This document shows, one piece after another, positions 38,183 through 50,342 of a DNA stretch of 64,000 nt. Location: the NCBI RefSeq assembly GCF_036365525.1, contig NC_090387.1:76507300-76571299 (forward strand), read 5' to 3'. The first letter of the stretch is position 1. The number at the start of each line of letters is the position of its first letter. This stretch comes from Heterodontus francisci (lineage: Eukaryota). A model generated the notes under the pieces. The model was not told the origin of the DNA. It did not search any database and saw only the letters and a program-made list of their open reading frames with translations. A program made the translations under genes and the position numbers.

Positions 38183-39125
38183 CAATTCCCCTTGAAAATT
38201 ACTATTGAAACTGCTTGATTCCAGTTAGTGAGTTCCAGATCACAACAGCCTGCCGTGTAAAATAATTTCCCCTCCCCTCCCCTCCTATTCTTTTGCCAAT
38301 TATCTTAAATCGGTGCCTCTGGTTACTAAATCGTCGTTATTTGGTTATAGAGTCATGTGATTTTACAACGCAGGAATCCATTTGGCTCAGTGTGCCCGTG
38401 TCATCTCTGAAAGAACAATCCAGTTAGTCTCTTTGACATATTTGTGCTCCCTTCAGCCCTTCCCGTCAGAACAGTTAAGCTTCTTATTTCCAGTGGCCGT
38501 TTTGTGCAGGGACATGGTAAATATATTCGCAAAGGTTTCTTGTGGTTTTGTTACTAGTGAAATCATAAAGTTGTTCCAAAACACTTACCATCTCGAAAAC
38601 AAAGTTTCATTCTAATTCTAACAAAGTTGGAGTGACCAGTCTAACGTTTCTCCACAGTAGAAATTCCTTGTTTGCTATTTCCAGTCAAATTGTAGGAGTT
38701 TTCTTTTAAAGAAATATTCCACCCAGAAACCAGCCCATAATTAGCAAACATTGGGGCAGGTTTTGACTTTGTCCGACAATGGAAACCGGGCGAGAATCGT
38801 CGGCAGTCCCATTGAAATTGGAAGCACCAGCTTACGATCAATTGTTCTACATTATCTACACATTGACACTGAAGGGGGAAGGTTTCCTCCCTTGCACTAT
38901 GTAAGGAAATTGTCCATTTAAAAAAAAACTTATGACGTTGCAGAAAATATACGCAGGAAATCTTCCCGTAAGTCAACAATCTCAGCTCTCCAGTCGCTTG
39001 ATGCTGATACTGGATACAAAAACCTGGGCCGGTGTCCCATTCCCGCACGCTTCTCTACCTCTTTGGTATTTTGCTAAATACCTATTGCACAACTGACACT
39101 TGTAACATCAGCACCAACAACTTAC

Positions 39126-39440
39126 CGGCCACAAGGAGCTCTGAGCCGGTTCCATTCCCAAACATTCCTCCCCGGCAGTACACGGAGCAGTAATAGCGGC
39201 CAGAATCTTTGAAGCTTACATTCAAGAGATGGATGGCGGCTCCTCCTTTTTTCAGAAGTTTGTATTGTCTGTTGCTCGCTTCTCCGTCGTTCAAGAACTC
39301 ATCATCACCATGTCGCCACCACTGAACCTTTACATCTGATTCCTCTTGAAAGACGGGGAATGTGCAGTAGAAGGTGATGTTTGCTCCTCTGAGCGCAACT
39401 TTGATTGGAGGGATTTGGCCGACTGTGGATTCCCCAACAA
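39126..39440 (-). CDS. Gene A exon 2: V-set Ig domain with germline-joined J-like segment (FGNGTGSELLV)
   Basis: Acceptor tctgatag|, donor G|gtaag, 315 nt, open. VGESTVGQIPPIKVALRGANITFYCTFPVFQEESDVKVQWWRHGDDEFLNDGEASNRQYKLLKKGGAAIHLLNVSFKDSGRYYCSVYCRGGMFGNGTGSELLVA. Roughly 40% identical by eye to the gene B V domain. Confidence 0.94.
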
Positions 39441-39612
39441 CTATCAGACAGCCAATGGAAACATCAAAATAAATATCTAAATGTAGCGAATAATAAATAT
39501 AGAAAGAAGGTTAAAAATAACGAAATATAACAACGATAAACCGCGAATGGTGATAAATTCAACGTTCAAATAATATCACTCTCCATATTTTGTTCTTATA
39601 TTTTGGAAATAC

Positions 39613-39652
39613 CGTTGTGTGTAATCAACAGGATCAGTATACTTGGTAGCAT
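39613..39652 (-). CDS. Gene A exon 1: signal peptide (MLPSILILLITHN)
   Basis: ATG at 39652, 13 codons + 1 nt, donor G|gtattt, phase 1. TATA-like sequence about 90 nt upstream. Confidence 0.82.
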
Positions 39653-42600
39653 TTCCGACAATGGAAGTTGAATGAATGCAAGGAAATAAGGGACATCCGA
39701 TCGTTTGGAGTGAGTGGGTTTACAGCAGACCAGACGAGAAATATATAAGAGATTGGTGACACACGTGCAGGGCAGTGGTTTCAATAAACATGTGTTTTTC
39801 CATTAAGAAAGACACCTCAAATCACAACGGCGGTGTCAACGAACCTAAATTCTAATCCTTAGCGCTAACCCCGAACGCTAATCACGAATCCTTACGTTAA
39901 TTCGATCAACCTAACTCCTCACCCTAAACTATGATGATAAGCCTATTCTTAACTCTAAACGGTGCGGTGTCGTTGGCGCCATGCATGGCCGGGTACTCAT
40001 CATGAATACGGGTTGGCTGAGGTCAACGGTAATTGTGACGTCATCATCGACAGCGGTCTGCTGCTTTCTCAACAGTTAATTCTTAACCGGATGTTGATTG
40101 AGGTCTGCGCATGCATAGCACTTTTGGATACCGTATATGAGTGCTTTGAGACATAACATAGTGTAGCATGGTTGGAAGGAATAGGTGACTTTAGACCTAT
40201 GGTTCCCCAAACTCTCCACCACTGGAGTTTTCTTCCTGTCATTTCTAGGTCTGTTGTAGACTAATTAATGGAGATTGATTGGTCTGATTAGTCAACAACA
40301 CCATTACGGTGTGACCACCCGGACGGTAGAAGTGGAACGAGATGGATTTTTTTTTAAATCTGAAAGTTCTATTCCCCTACGTGAAGTGCTGGCGAGCGAA
40401 ATAGTGTCCAGATAAAACAGGCCTGTTGACTCTGCGCCACTGTTAGCAACGTCTAGTCTCATATTGGTACTTAAAACCTAGCTGCTCCACTTGTCTCACC
40501 ACTAATTCTAAATACTACTTCGAAATGCATACTGACAATGATAGGTCCTCGGTTCAGACCTTCAAATTCTGGTTAAGTTGCTGTTCTGGTCTGGTTTCAG
40601 CGGAGCCACAGGAATCAGTTTAACTAAACAAGATAGAGTTTAAATGAAACGCAAAACTGTTATCAGGAGGGACACTGGGGGAAATGCGATGAGATAGAAA
40701 ACTGACATTTATTGTTGTTACTTGGGTACACTTAATTTCAGGATGAAATTCTCCTCTGTCTGGTGAAAGTAATTTTTGCCAGTTTCATTCAGAAATATTG
40801 CAGGGCTGGCTCTGGTGGGAAATAGGAATGTTGCCTATAAAGGACATTCCAATAAGTTTAGAACTGTGACACTTTGATGGGTCAGATTTGAGGAACTTTT
40901 ACTTTGCATCTAAGTAGTGCTTATACGTGTCAGCTGTGGCTCTGTTGGTAGCATTCGTATATGTGAATCATATAGTTCTGAGTTCAAGACCCACTTCAGA
41001 GCTTAAACACAAAAATCAAGGCTGATATTTCAGTGCAGTACCTAGAGAATGCTGCACCGTTGGTGGTGCCGTCTTTGGGGTGAAAGGTTAAGCTGAAACC
41101 TCACCTGAGCAGGTGGATGCAAAAGAAAAATGTCCCGTAACATTGTTTCAAAGAGAATAAATGTTCCCAGTGTTGTGGTCAATATTGACCCTCGATTCAA
41201 CATCACAAAAGCGGATTATCTATCATTATTACATTGTTGTTTGTAGGAGTTTGCCACGTGTGTACAGACTGCTGTAATTCCAGCATTATAACAGTGACTG
41301 CACTTCAGAAAGTACTTTATTGACTGTAAAGTGATTTGAGATGTCCAGTAGTTGTGAAAGTTGCTATATAAATGTAAGTTTTCTTTCTCTTTTGCACGAC
41401 CTACCAGTGGTTATGAGACATTTTACAGGAAGCGTCTTTGCTTCAGTTTTGTATCTGAGTTGAGAGTGTTCAGAACCTATGATGAAAGGTCATTGACCTA
41501 AAACGTTAACTCTGCATTTCTCTCCACAGATGCTGCCAGACCTGCTGAGTATTTCCAGCACTTCGTTTTTACTCCTTAAAACTTATATCTTTGACGAAAT
41601 GTTCGGTCACCTGTACTATTATCTCCTATGTGGCTCCATGTCACATTCACTTGATGACACTCCTGTGATGTGCCTTGGACTGTTTTACTATGTTAAAGTC
41701 ACTATATAAATGCAAGTCGTTGTTGTCAATATGCATAAATAATCACTCTAATTAGTCATGTTATTTTTAAAAACTGCCACTTCTAAGCAGCTGATTGGTT
41801 GGCAATTGGAACTTTTTCGGATAAGTCGCATAATTGGGCTCATTTCAAGTTTCCATGATGACGCAAAACAGGCAATATTGGATTAGCAGTCCATTGTAAA
41901 CCCCATTCATATTTCCTGTCCATTGAAGTCACCAGAACGGTGAAATATATAATGGATGACCAATGTGATATTGCCCATTTTACATCATTGCTGAAAGTTA
42001 AAATTATTACAAATGAGTGTTGCCTTCTAGCTAGTTCATTGGTCACTGTACACAGCCACCAATTAGCCAATGGACATAACGATCATGTTGCTGTGGATGA
42101 TGTCACAAAGCTGCTTTGTGATCCCAGTGATCATTTTTAACAATATTGCATCCTGGTAGTATGGACTCTGGGGCACAGCTGTGATGTTTATGTGGTAGCC
42201 TGATATCCCCTAATGTCTGCTGCTCAGGTACTGCATAGAAACTGTTTAAATAGGTTCTGAGGTCAATCTGAGTTTAATTGCTATTTGATGAGAAGAGGCT
42301 GCACATTGTCAATCATTTGTACATTTCGAGCCTCAGGTCCAAAGCACAGCATAGAGTGAAATTCAACTTTCAGCAGGTACAAAACGGGTGTTAGTAGATG
42401 TCTGTTACACACACTGCTCAAATATTGGGTGGGTGAGAAATATGTGGATGGATGATCAACTGCCGCCTCTTTTGCACCTGGCTGAACTTTCATCATCTTT
42501 TCCATGTCATTCTTTAGCTGTTTTGTATAACTTTAACACTTTTATGTCTTTTGCATGATGGATCCTCTCAATACTTCAACATTTGCCAGAGTGCAAGGAA

Positions 42601-44570
42601 TGTCAGAATCTTTAAAAGGTTTTACTCTTGGTCAACATAATAATAGCATGAGATATATGAGTAGGAGTAGGCCATAGAGCCCCTCGAACCTGCTCTGCGA
42701 TTCAACAATATAATGGCTATTCTTCTACATCAATTCTACTTTCCTACCCTATCCCTTCGATTCCCTTTGTGCCCCAAAATCTATCAATCTCAGTTTTGAA
42801 TATACTTAATGGCTAAGCATCCACAGCCCTCTGGGGTAGAGGATTCCAAAGTTTTACTACCCTTTGAGCGAAGAAATTTCTCATCTCATTCCTAAATGAC
42901 TCACCCCTTATTCTGAGACAATGACCTCGAGTTCTAGATTCTTCAGTCAGGGGAAACAGCCGCTCAGTATTTATCCTGTCACTTCACTCCCTCTAAGAAT
43001 TTTGTTAAGTTTCAATGAGTTGATCTCTCTTCTCAACTCCAAAGAATATAGGGTCAGTCTACTCGACCTCTCCCCTCTCGTCCCAGGGATCAATCTAATG
43101 AACTTTCATTGCACCCACTCGAAGACAAGTATATTCTTCCTTAGGTAAGGAGACCAAAACTGTACACAGTACTCCAGGTGTGGTCTCGCCAAAGCCAAAT
43201 ATAATTGTAGAAAAACATCCTACTCTTATACTCCCATTCCCTTGCATTAAAAGCTAACATACAATTTGCTTTCCAAATTGCTTGTAATACCTGCATCTTA
43301 ACTCTCTGTGATTCTTATACAAAAACATCCAAATCCCTTTTAATAGCAACACTTCGGGGCGTCTGAGTTTGAAAAAACAAGTGAACGATTACATCACAGG
43401 AAAGCTGCAAGGTGATTGGTCGGTGAGGAACTGCTGTTAGGGAGTATCAGTAAATAGCTGGGTTAGTACAATAACGTTAGGATGCGTGTGTAAATAGCTG
43501 GGTAATAGCATCTCAACAACTGGCAGACTAAAAATGAGTAAAAAATTAAGTATTAATAATAAGGAACAAGTGAGTAGCTGCTGAGTATTATCTTTTTTTT
43601 GAGCAAGGTTTATTCTAACTAGTGAACTGTATTGATTAGTAGTAGGGTTTAACAGTACTGCTAAGGATTTAATAATAGTTCGAAGGTGTTTTAGTATTGG
43701 TAACATTTCTTTTTTTTTAGCAGTAGCAAAGGGTCAACTCATAACTAAAGAAATGGCAGGGGTGATTCAGCCTCGAGAGTGCGCCTCCTGTGCTATGTGG
43801 GAGTTCCAGGATGCTTCCCATATCCTGGAGAACCATTTGTGCAGGAAATATTGTCAATTGCAGAAGCCTGAGCTCTGGGATTTGGAACTTAAGCAGCAGC
43901 TGGCGACACTGTGATGCATTTGTGAGGATGAGAGCCAAGTGGATAGCACGTTTATAGGTGTGGTCACCCCACAGCTTAGAGTCCGCAGAAAGAGAGGGAA
44001 TGCGTGACCTTGTACAAAAACATCCAAATCCCTTTTAATAGCAACACTTCGGGGCGTCTGAGTTTGAAAAAACAAGTGAACAATTACATCACAGGAAAGC
44101 TGCAAGGTGATTGGTCGGTGAGGAACTGCTGTTAGGGAGTATCAGTAAATAGCTGGGTTAGTAATCAAAAAGAATCAGGCAGATAGTGCAGGAGACCCCT
44201 AAGTGCATCTCACTCTCCAACAGGTATTCAGTTCTGAATACTGAGGAAAGCAATGCTTCACCTTGGGAGTGCAGCCAGAGCCAGGTCCATGGCCCCATGT
44301 GTGGCTGAGCTACACGGGGTGGGGAGGGGGGGGGGCGGATGTGGTGGGGGGTACAGGGAAGACTGGACGAGCTATAGTGAGAGGTGATTCAATAGTCAGG
44401 GAACAGATAGGCGTTTCTGTGGCTGCAGACATGAATCCAGGATGGTGCATTGCTTCCGTGGTGCCAGGGTCAAAGTTGTCACTGAGAGGCTGTAGAGCAT
44501 CCTGAAGGGGGAGAGTGAATAGCCAGCAGTCGTGGTCCATATTGGAACAAAAGACATAGGCAGAAATAGG

Positions 44571-47500
44571 GGGAGGTGGTGGCGTAGTGGTATCATCACT
44601 AGACTAGTGACCCAGGGTATTTCTCTGGGGACCAGGGTTCGAATCCCACCACAGTAGAAGGTGGAATTTGAATTCAATTAATAAATCTGGAATTAAAAGC
44701 TAGTCTAAAGATGATACCACTACGCCACTGCCTAATGATGGCCATGAAGCCATTGTTGATTGTTATAAAAACCCATCAGGTTTACTAAATGCCCTTTAGT
44801 TAAGGAAATCTGCTTTCCTTACCTGGTCTGGCCTACATGTGACTCCAGACCCACAACAATGTGGTTGACTCCTAAATGGCCGAGCAATTCACTCAGTTGT
44901 ATCCAACTGCTACGAAGTCAATGAACCTGGACGGACAACCCGGCATCGACCTAGGCACGGGAAACAACAAAGGCAAACCCAGTCCTGTCGATCCTGCATA
45001 GTCCTTCCTACTAACATCTGGGGGCTTGTGCCAAAGTTGGAGAGCTGTCCCACGGTCTAGTCAAGCAACAACCTGATATAGTCACTGCCATCACCATCCC
45101 CGGGTATGTCCTGTCCCACTGGCAGGACAGACCCAGAAGAGGTGGTGGCACAGTGGGATACAGTTGGGAGGGAATGTGCACAACATTGACTCCGGACCCC
45201 ATGAAGTCTCATGGTATCAAGGCAAACATGGGCATGGAAACCTGCTGCTGATTACCACCCTCCCTCAGTTCATGAATCAGTAGTCCTCCATGTTCATCAC
45301 CACTTGGAGAAAGCACTGAGGGTGACAAGGGCACAGAATGTATTCTAGGTGGGGAACTTCAATGTCCATCACCAAGAGTGGCTCGGTAGCAGCACTATTG
45401 ACTGAGCTGGCCAAGTCGTAAGGACGTAACTGCTAGACTGGGTCTGCAGCAGGTGATGAGGGAACCAATAACAGGGAAAAGCATACTTGACCTCGTCCTC
45501 ACCCATCTGCTTGCGGCAGATGCATCTGTCCATGACAGTATTGGTAGGAGTGATCACCACACAGTCCTTCTGGAGTCGAAGTCCCACCTTCATATTGAGG
45601 ATACCCTCCAGCATGTTGTGTGGCACTACCACCATGCGAAATGGGATAGCTTTTGAACAGATCTAGCAAGGCAAAACTGGGCATCCATGAGGCACTGTGG
45701 GCCACTAACAGCAGGAGAATTGTACTCAACCACAATCTGTAACCTCATGGCCCGGCATATCCCCCATTGTACCATTACCGTCAAGCCAGGGGACCAACCC
45801 TAGTTCAATGATGAGCGCAGGAGGGCATGCCAGGAGCAGCACCAGGCATACCTCAAAATGAGATATCAAGCTGGTGAAGCGACAACACAGGACTACTTGC
45901 ATGCCAAATTGCGTAAGCAGCATTGTATAGGCAGAGTTAAGCAGTCCCAAACCCAATGAATCAGATCTAAGTTCTGCCAGATCCAGCCATGAATGGTGGT
46001 GGATAATTAAACAACTAACTGGAGGAGGTGGCTCCACAAATATCCCCATCCTCAATGATGGGGGAGCCCAGCACATCAGAGTGAAAGATAAGGCTGAAAC
46101 ATTTGCAAAAATCTTCAGCCAGAAGTGCGGAGTTGATGATCCATCTTGGCCTCCTCCCGGAGTCCCCAGCATCAAAGATGCCAGACTTCTGCCAATTCGA
46201 TTCACTCTGCGTGGTATAAAAAAACGACCAAAGACACTGGATACTGCAAAGGCTATGGGCCCTGACAATATTCCGGCAATAGTACTGAAGACCTGTGCTC
46301 CAGAAGTTGCTGTGCCCCTAGCCAAGCTATTTCAGTACAGCTACAACACTGGCATCTACCCGGCAAAGTGGAAAATTGCCCAGGTATGTCAAGTACACAA
46401 AAAACAGGACAAGTCCAACCTGGCCAATTACTGCCCCATCAATCTACTCTCAATCATTAGTAAATTGATGGAAGGTGTCATCAACAGTGCTATCATGTGG
46501 CACTTGCCTAGCAATAACCTGCTCAGTGACGCTCAGATTGTGTTCAGGCAGGGCCACTCTGCTCCTGACCTCATTACAGCCGGGTGCTCCAGTTTCTTCC
46601 CACAGCCAAAGACTTGCAGGTTGATAGGTAAATTGGCCATTGTAAATTGTCCCTAGTGTAGGTACGTGGTAGGAGAATGGTGGGGATGTGGTAGAGAATA
46701 TGGGATTAATGTAGGATTAGTATAAATGGGTGGTTGTTGGTTGACACAGACTGAGTGGGCCGAAGGGCCTGTTTCAGTGCTGTATCTATCTATATCTATA
46801 TCTATATCTAAAACAGCTGAACTCCAGAGTTGAGGTGAGAGTTACTGACATCAAGGCAGCAGTTTACCGAGTATGGCATGAAGGAGCCCTAGCAAAACTG
46901 AAGTCAATGGGAATCAGTGGGAAAACTCTCCACTGATTGGAGTCATACCTAGCACAAAGGAAGATGGTTGTGGTCATTGGAGGTCAATCATCTCAGCTCC
47001 AGGACATTACTGCAGGAGTTCCAAAGGGTAGTATCCTAGGCCCAACCATCTTCAGCTGCTTCATCAATGACCTTCCTTCAATCATAAGGTCACAAGTGGG
47101 GATGTTTGCTGATGATTGCACAATGTTCAGCACCATTCGCGACTCCTCAGATATTGAAGCAGTCTGTGTAGAAATGCAACAAGACCTGGACAATATCCAG
47201 GCTTGGGCTGATAAGTGGCAAGTAACATTCGCGCCACACAAGTGCAAGGCAATAGCCATCTCCAACAAGGGAGAATCGAACCATCTCCCCTTGATATTCA
47301 ATGGTATTACCATCACTGAATTCCCCCACTATCAACATCCTCGGGGTTACTGTTGACCAGAAACTGAACTGGAGTAGCCATATAAATACCATGGCTACAA
47401 CAGCAGGTCCGAGGTAGGAATCTTGAGGCGGGTAATTCACCTCCTAACTCCCCAAAGGCACAAATCAAGAGTGTGTTGGAATACTCTCCACTTGCCTGGA

Positions 47501-47985
47501 TGGGTGCAGCTTCAACAACACTCAAGAAGCTCGACACCACCCAGGACAAAGCAGCCCATTTGATCGACACACCATCTACAAACGTTCACTCCCTCCACCA
47601 CCGATGCACAGTGCAGCTGTGGGTACCATCTACAAGATGCTCTGCAGCAACGCACCAAGGCTCCTTAGACAGCACCTTCCAAACCTGCGATCACTACCAA
47701 CCTGAAGGACAAGGGCAGCAAATGCATGGGAAGACCACCACCTGTAAGATCCCCTCCACATCACACACCATCCTGGCTTGGAACAATATCACCGTTCCTT
47801 CACTGTCACTGTGTCAAAATCTTGGAACACCCTGCCGAACAGCACAGTGGGTATCCCTACCTCACATGGACTGCAGCGGTTCAAGAGGGCAGCTCACCAC
47901 CACCTTCTCAAAGGGCAATTAGGGATGGACAATAAATGCTGGCATAGACAGCGATGCCCACATCTCATGAATGAATTTTAAAAAG
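44571..47985 (+). mobile_element. APE-RT LINE with a tRNA-like 5' head, nested in CR1 ORF1
   Basis: A box TGGCGTAGTGG at 44580-44590 and B box GGTTCGAATCC at 44636-44646. APE remnants (ILDLVLT, SDHH), RT (KAMGPDNI, GVPKGSILGP, FADD). Interrupted by a V-SINE at 46580-46810. Confidence 0.8.
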
Positions 47986-49720
47986 TGTGGTGTTGCAGTC
48001 AGAATTTAAGGAGCTAGTTAAGAAATTAACAAGCAAGACCACAAAAGTAGTCATCTCTGGATTACTTACAGTGCCACGCACTAGTGAGTCTAGAAGTAGA
48101 AGGATCAGACAGATGAATGTGTGGCTGGAAAGATGGTGCAGGAGGGAGGGCTTTAGATTCCTGGGACATTGGGACTGGCTGTGGGGGAGATGGGACCTGT
48201 ACATGCCAGACGGGTTGCACCTGAACAGAGGCGGGACTGAATTTCTTGCTGGACGTTTTGCTACTGCTGTCGCGGTGGGGTGATATTAGTTTGGCAGGGG
48301 ATGGGGACCTGAGGGTAGACTCAGTTGGGACAAAATCAGAAATGAAAATGGAAGGCAGAAAATTAATGGATGAACCCCGAAGTCAGAGGAAACAAAGGTT
48401 AGAAAATAAAAAATAGAGAATTTGCAAGTGCTCAAGGGTATCTATTCCAATGCAATGATATAGCAAATAAAGCAGATGAGCTGAGGGCACAGATAGACAC
48501 ATGGCAGTATGATATCATAGCTATTACAGAAACATGGCATAAGGAGGGACTGGAATGGTAGCTCAACCATCCTGGTTACAGGGTTTTCAGATGCGATCGA
48601 GATGGGAATGAGAAAGTAGGGAGACTGGCAATTTTGGTCAAAGAAACTAATACAGCTGTGAGGAGGGATGATATGTTGGAAGGTTCACCAAATTCGGCCA
48701 TATGGATTGAACTAAGCAACAAAAAGGGGCAATTACACTTCTAGGAGTGTAATGTAGACCCCCAGTCAGAGAGAGATAGAAAAGCAGGTATATAGGCAAA
48801 TAACTGAGATGTGCACAGACAATAGGACAGCAACAGCAGGGAATTTTAATTACCCCAATATTAACAGAGATAGTTTTAGTGTGAAAGGAATTGAGGGAGC
48901 TGAATACTTGAGCTGCATTCAGGAGAACTTTTTTACCCAGTATGTAGCAGTCCAACAATAGAGGGTGCAGTTTTAGACTTAGCTTTAGGAAATTAATCTG
49001 GCCAGGTGGAAGGAGTGGGAGAGCATTTTGGTGGTAGTGATCATAATTCAGTCAGTTTTATCATAATTATGGAAAAGGACAGAGATAGAATAGGAGTTAG
49101 AGTTCTCAATTGGGACAAGGCCAACTTTACTAAACTGAGGAGTGATTTAGCAAAAGTTGACTGGAAATAGCTACTTGAAGGTAAATCAGTGTCAATGCAG
49201 TGGAAGGCATTCAAAGGGGAGATGCAGGGGGTTCGGAGTAAACATGATCCCACAAAGAAAAAGGGTGAGACAGCCAAATCTAGAGCCCCATGGATGTCAA
49301 GAAGCTGGTAGGGCAAGACAAGACAGAAAAGGAATGCTTATGCCCAACACAGAGAACTCAATACTACAGAAAGCCTAGAGGAGTATAGAAAGTGGAGGGA
49401 TGAAATCAAAAAGGAAATTAGGAAAGCAAAGAGAGGACATGAAAGAATATTGACAAGAAAAATCAAGGTGAACCCAAAGATGTTTTATCAATACATTAAG
49501 AGTAAGAGGATAACTAAGGAGAGGGTAGGGCCCATAAAAGACCAAAAAGATAACCAGATATAGGGGCGGAAGATGTTGGTATTGTTATTAATGAATACTT
49601 TGCTTCTCTCTTCACAAAACAGGGGGACGATGCAGATATTGTAGTTAAGGTAGAGGGTGTGAAGTATTAGATGTGATAAACATAGGAAAAGAGGAAGTAT
49701 TAATGGGATTAGCATCCTTG

Positions 49721-50342
49721 TGTTGACCCTTTTTCTCTGTAGGGTATCAACTGACGTGACAGACAAAGATACACTAAAACCAAAGTCTCGTATAACTTCA
49801 CTTTATTAGTACTAAAATCACTTAAAGCATACAAATGCTTACAACAGTTTTATTTAGACACCAAATAAGTACAAGGCTCACTTCTTGTACAAGATACTAC
49901 CCGTCAACACAGAGGTGATCAGTCTCTTGTCACGGTTGATCACTGAGCCTCCAGACTTAGGGTCCTGCCTTTGAGAGTTGTTCCTGGGTTCTCGCCGAGA
50001 ATACCCTCAAGTGTTAACCCTTATATATTCTTTGAAGGCTCCTTGCTCAACCTATGACTCACATGATCTTGTTTTGCACAAATCTTCAAGCATTATCTCA
50101 TCTTTGGCAAGCCATGTAGCAACCTGGACAGAAGTTGTTTACAATAACCACCATTCGTTCCCCTATTTCTGTTCCTCTTTTATCTATTCTTGTTCAATAC
50201 TCTTATCTAATGGTCACATATCTCTAACCACAAGCTTCAACATGTCTGTTAGCTTACTTCAGCAAGTTCTGCACTTATCTTCAGCTGCCTTGGAGCATGC
50301 TGGGTATAAAGCGTTATTTGACCAACTTTTCAAGAGCCTACA
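49721..50342 (-). mobile_element. Solo LTR inside CR1 ORF2
   Basis: TG...CA termini with a perfect 4-bp TSD CTTG (49717-49720 and 50343-50346). Minus-strand AATAAA at 49802-49807. Confidence 0.85.

Noticed and set aside
39016-39024. Perfect RSS nonamer ACAAAAACC in the intron after the V exon (also at 3168-3176)
   Set aside because: No CAC-starting heptamer at 12- or 23-nt spacing (cttgatg and ctctcca), and the V exon is already joined to its J-like strand.
44571-44660. tRNA gene
   Set aside because: A and B boxes are present, but there is no convincing cloverleaf and it is contiguous with a retroelement.
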